Shown here: positions 61,280-64,000 of the stretch, in pieces
Position numbering within the stretch: the stretch's first letter is position 1
Layout: every line of letters starts with the position of its first letter
Assembly: GCA_905178155.1 (NCBI GenBank)
Contig: CAJINV010000001.1
Coordinates: 11,443,571-11,507,570 of the forward strand
Reading direction: 5' to 3'
Length of the DNA: 64,000 nucleotides
Origin: Amoebophrya sp. A120
Taxonomy: Eukaryota > Protista > Dinoflagellata
The notes under the pieces: model-generated
Seen by the model: the letters and a program-made list of their open reading frames with translations, nothing else
Told to the model about the DNA's origin: nothing
Database searches by the model: none
Position numbers and translations under genes: made by a program

Positions 61280-64000
61280 CTAGTCTAACTTTGGAATAAC
61301 GACTTCGAGCTTTGCGGCGATGAATTTCAAAGCTTCCACAGTCTCCTTTTCGGTTTTTTGAAAAAACAGGTGCCACATTCCCCACAACGCTTCATAGAGA
61401 TTTTCGAGGCCCATAACGGCCGTCATGTAAAAGTAAACGGGTGGCGGTTTCGTTATGACTTTTCCACATTCACTTTGTCTCGCGAGAATTTCTTGGTCTT
61501 GTGGCGGCGGCTCCGTCAAACTACCCCTCCATTGTTTATTCTCCAGCATGTCGCACCTCTTTCCTTCGCGGTCGCTTAGATTGCAGCGCTCTACGGCAAG
61601 CTGGTGTAGTTCCTGGTTTGTTTCTTCTTTTCCCTCCGCCTGAGTTGGACAAGGACGTAGGCGCATTTCATCATCTGCCGCTGCCGTCACACGACTCTCT
61701 ACGTCTCTTTCATCATGACCAGCACCAACTGCAACTCTTGCCCTGCGCACCAAATCATAAGGCCGACACCGACCTTCCATTTGCGTCAGCATGTCGATTG
61801 CTGCTGGTTCCGAATCTCGCCATATGCTAAAAAAGTCTCGCAACCTCTCATACTGAGTACATTCTTTGCGGTTGAGCAGGGCCAACAACTCTCGAAACTT
61901 GTGAGCGTAGGAATTCACGTCGTCGCGGCCTCTTCTCTGTCGTGGCATAAACATTGCTTTCAGCTCATCGGGGGAAAAATGCTCGATCGCCCTTAGTACG
62001 ACAGTCACCAGGGCTTGGTCCCGACGACGCTGCTTCGACAGCTTCAGCTCACTGTAATCCCTCTTGATGCGGGATTCCATGGCAGGTATCTTCCTTGCGA
62101 TAGATCGCGCTCCTGGATTTGCTTGTGTTCTTTCCGGCTCCTGGTCCATTTTGCCCGTAGTGGAGGTTGTGGTAGGTTTACATTTGTTCTCTGCAACATA
62201 CAAGTCGTTTTCGTCATCATCGCTCTCAGCACCGGTTTGCTGCAGCCTGTGAGTATCGCTGCAAAAGTGACCAAGCACAACTGGCGCAACCGCGTCTCGC
62301 AGCTCTCCCGGCCAAATGTGTCCGTCCCAATCCGCGAGAAGAGTCAATACATCTTTGCCTTGTGTAAGTGCTCGGAGCGTTCTGTACGCCTCCACACCAC
62401 AGCCAAATAGATCACACTCTTTCAGCGAATATTTGTCGTCCTCTTCTTCCTCGTCACTGTCGTCAACCTCGGCACTTCCATCCCCAATCTCGTAATACAG
62501 AATCCCGTCGAGCCAGTCGAGCCAAGGTTTGTCGTTGACGGTTGAATGCAGTAGGCCTTGCATTTTCCACGACACAAGGAACATAGCAAGTCGGTGACGC
62601 AAAGTACTAGTAGTCGGCATCGCACTGGCGCTTGCGTCATCACCCCACCAGACTGTGTCCGCGGAAGTACTTTCCCCTGGTTCTTCCGCGTCGAAGGAAG
62701 CATTTGCAATCAGGCAAGCAGGAACGCAAAAGTTGTAAAGCATAGCAACAGCGCCGTAGCGGAAATGTTGATGCTTTTTTCCGTCAGGCCCAAAAACGCC
62801 AGGCATCTCCATCCGTTTGGTTACGTCATTACGGACAGGCTCGATGAAGTGGCTCCGTTTTGACGTCAGATCGTACGCATACTGGAGCATCTGCATGTAC
62901 ACACACTCGTAGACACGGCATCGCCACGACCGGTAAACGTCCGCTTGCTTACCGGTAGTGTTCCTGGTGCTGACCTTCGAAGTCAGTGCCGGCTGCTCTT
63001 TGAGTGCCGGGGGGAGCATGACAGGACAAAGCCGCAGACCGTGTCGTCCCGCCATTGCCTTTCGCCCAACAGCATGATAACGGTACATGTACAGAATCGA
63101 AAATGCCCCGTCCAGAATCCCTAGTAGCGGCTGCCGCAACGGGTTGGTATGAGGGTAGAAATCAATAAACTCCCTGTGTTCATCACCCGGACGCTCCATT
63201 TCTCTCAGTAGCGGTAGCGGATATAGCAAATCCATGTGAGCGCTAAGGGTTCGTCCTAACACGTCCGCAGCTTTGAACGTCTTGTTTGTCTCCAGTCCGA
63301 AGGCGTGATTGAGAACTCTTTTGACAACCGCAGCTCCCAGGCGCGAACACCTCCCGTGGGGGCACAGGGAGTCCGCCAAGAATCCTGCATCACCGTCGTC
63401 GCGTCCTGTACTCCGATTCTTTTTCTTCGCTGTGCCGGGTCCCGCAGTAGCGCCCGACCCGACCACTATGGGATGGTGCTGGAGATATCTCGCGAAGAAG
63501 CTGCACAACCACGTGAGTTGCGTTCTCTCAAAAATGAAGGAAGTTCGAGTGTTTTCCGGGGTTACGATCGCCTTTCCACACTGTGTAACGAAGCCGTGAG
63601 AAGGGGCACCACACCCACATCGCCTCATGCCCCCGATTTCCGTTCTGAGTTTCTCCGCAATTTCGTCCCACCTGTCGTCGGGCACCAAGTTGCAGACGTC
63701 GTGAAAATTCTTCACGATTCGATAAAGCTCCTTGACCCGCGGCACCGGCGTGCTAGTTTCCTCTTGCAGCAAATCCTCGTAAGTACAAAAGCCGTGGACC
63801 GAGACCCTTCTTAGGTAATATCTCGCCGGTGTGTATCCCCCTTGTTGTGCCAGTGCAACAAGCTCAACAGCAAACACAGCAGCCAAGAGCCGAAACGCGC
63901 GTCCGCGGCTTACCTCGTCCCGCGTGGAAAAATAGTCGAGCAGAAATGTGAAAAACACAAATGTGCCTCTCTGCGACCTCGCAGTCATGCCGGAGTGGGT
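61280..64000 (-). CDS. Tandem paralog of the HicA-fusion protein (5' end probably outside the window)
   Basis: The 902-aa ORF shares C.CG.P, HMDLL, SWR.RV.EC.Y, YD.T....H, YGA, LRH..A.FL.SW..QGL, FG.G..AYR.L and the C-terminal G.EN..E.LW..WHL.F.K..K.T..ALK.IAAKL.V.IP.LD with 57262-60669. Confidence 0.8.
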   Translation of the reverse strand, partial: THSGMTARSQRGTFVFFTFLLDYFSTRDEVSRGRAFRLLAAVFAVELVALAQQGGYTPARYYLRRVSVHGFCTYEDLLQEETSTPVPRVKELYRIVKNFHDVCNLVPDDRWDEIAEKLRTEIGGMRRCGCGAPSHGFVTQCGKAIVTPENTRTSFIFERTQLTWLCSFFARYLQHHPIVVGSGATAGPGTAKKKNRSTGRDDGDAGFLADSLCPHGRCSRLGAAVVKRVLNHAFGLETNKTFKAADVLGRTLSAHMDLLYPLPLLREMERPGDEHREFIDFYPHTNPLRQPLLGILDGAFSILYMYRYHAVGRKAMAGRHGLRLCPVMLPPALKEQPALTSKVSTRNTTGKQADVYRSWRCRVYECVYMQMLQYAYDLTSKRSHFIEPVRNDVTKRMEMPGVFGPDGKKHQHFRYGAVAMLYNFCVPACLIANASFDAEEPGESTSADTVWWGDDASASAMPTTSTLRHRLAMFLVSWKMQGLLHSTVNDKPWLDWLDGILYYEIGDGSAEVDDSDEEEEDDKYSLKECDLFGCGVEAYRTLRALTQGKDVLTLLADWDGHIWPGELRDAVAPVVLGHFCSDTHRLQQTGAESDDDENDLYVAENKCKPTTTSTTGKMDQEPERTQANPGARSIARKIPAMESRIKRDYSELKLSKQRRRDQALVTVVLRAIEHFSPDELKAMFMPRQRRGRDDVNSYAHKFRELLALLNRKECTQYERLRDFFSIWRDSEPAAIDMLTQMEGRCRPYDLVRRARVAVGAGHDERDVESRVTAAADDEMRLRPCPTQAEGKEETNQELHQLAVERCNLSDREGKRCDMLENKQWRGSLTEPPPQDQEILARQSECGKVITKPPPVYFYMTAVMGLENLYEALWGMWHLFFQKTEKETVEALKFIAAKLEVVIPKLD

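Overview
This is eukaryotic genomic DNA: the host genes checked have GT-AG introns and there are no operons. Every host gene I could recognise over the 64 kb lies on the minus strand, a unidirectional arrangement that suggests a dinoflagellate or syndinean-type alveolate (inference only). The main feature is a 15,659-bp insertion (18930-34588) bounded by 140-bp terminal inverted repeats that match at 139/140 positions and flanked by ATTTT on both sides. It holds three intron-rich genes: a degenerate Merlin/IS1595(ISXO2)-like transposase on the + strand, a very large multi-exon gene with hAT-like DDE motifs, and a small possible CCCH-finger/Lys-rich gene. Its introns share a GCATGACAAAT motif and contain foldback hairpins. 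The element sits about 120 bp upstream of an unusual Mps1/TTK-like kinase that has a transmembrane segment and an unrecognised C-terminal domain. That domain recurs three more times in a gene on the other side of the element. Other notable genes are tandem paralogous large intronless ORFs (one with an N-terminal HicA-like toxin domain), a HAD-like plus double-phosphoribosyltransferase fusion, a CDK11-like kinase, an atypical SDR and two H1-like Lys-rich paralogs. All family assignments come from recognising motifs by eye; no database search was run.
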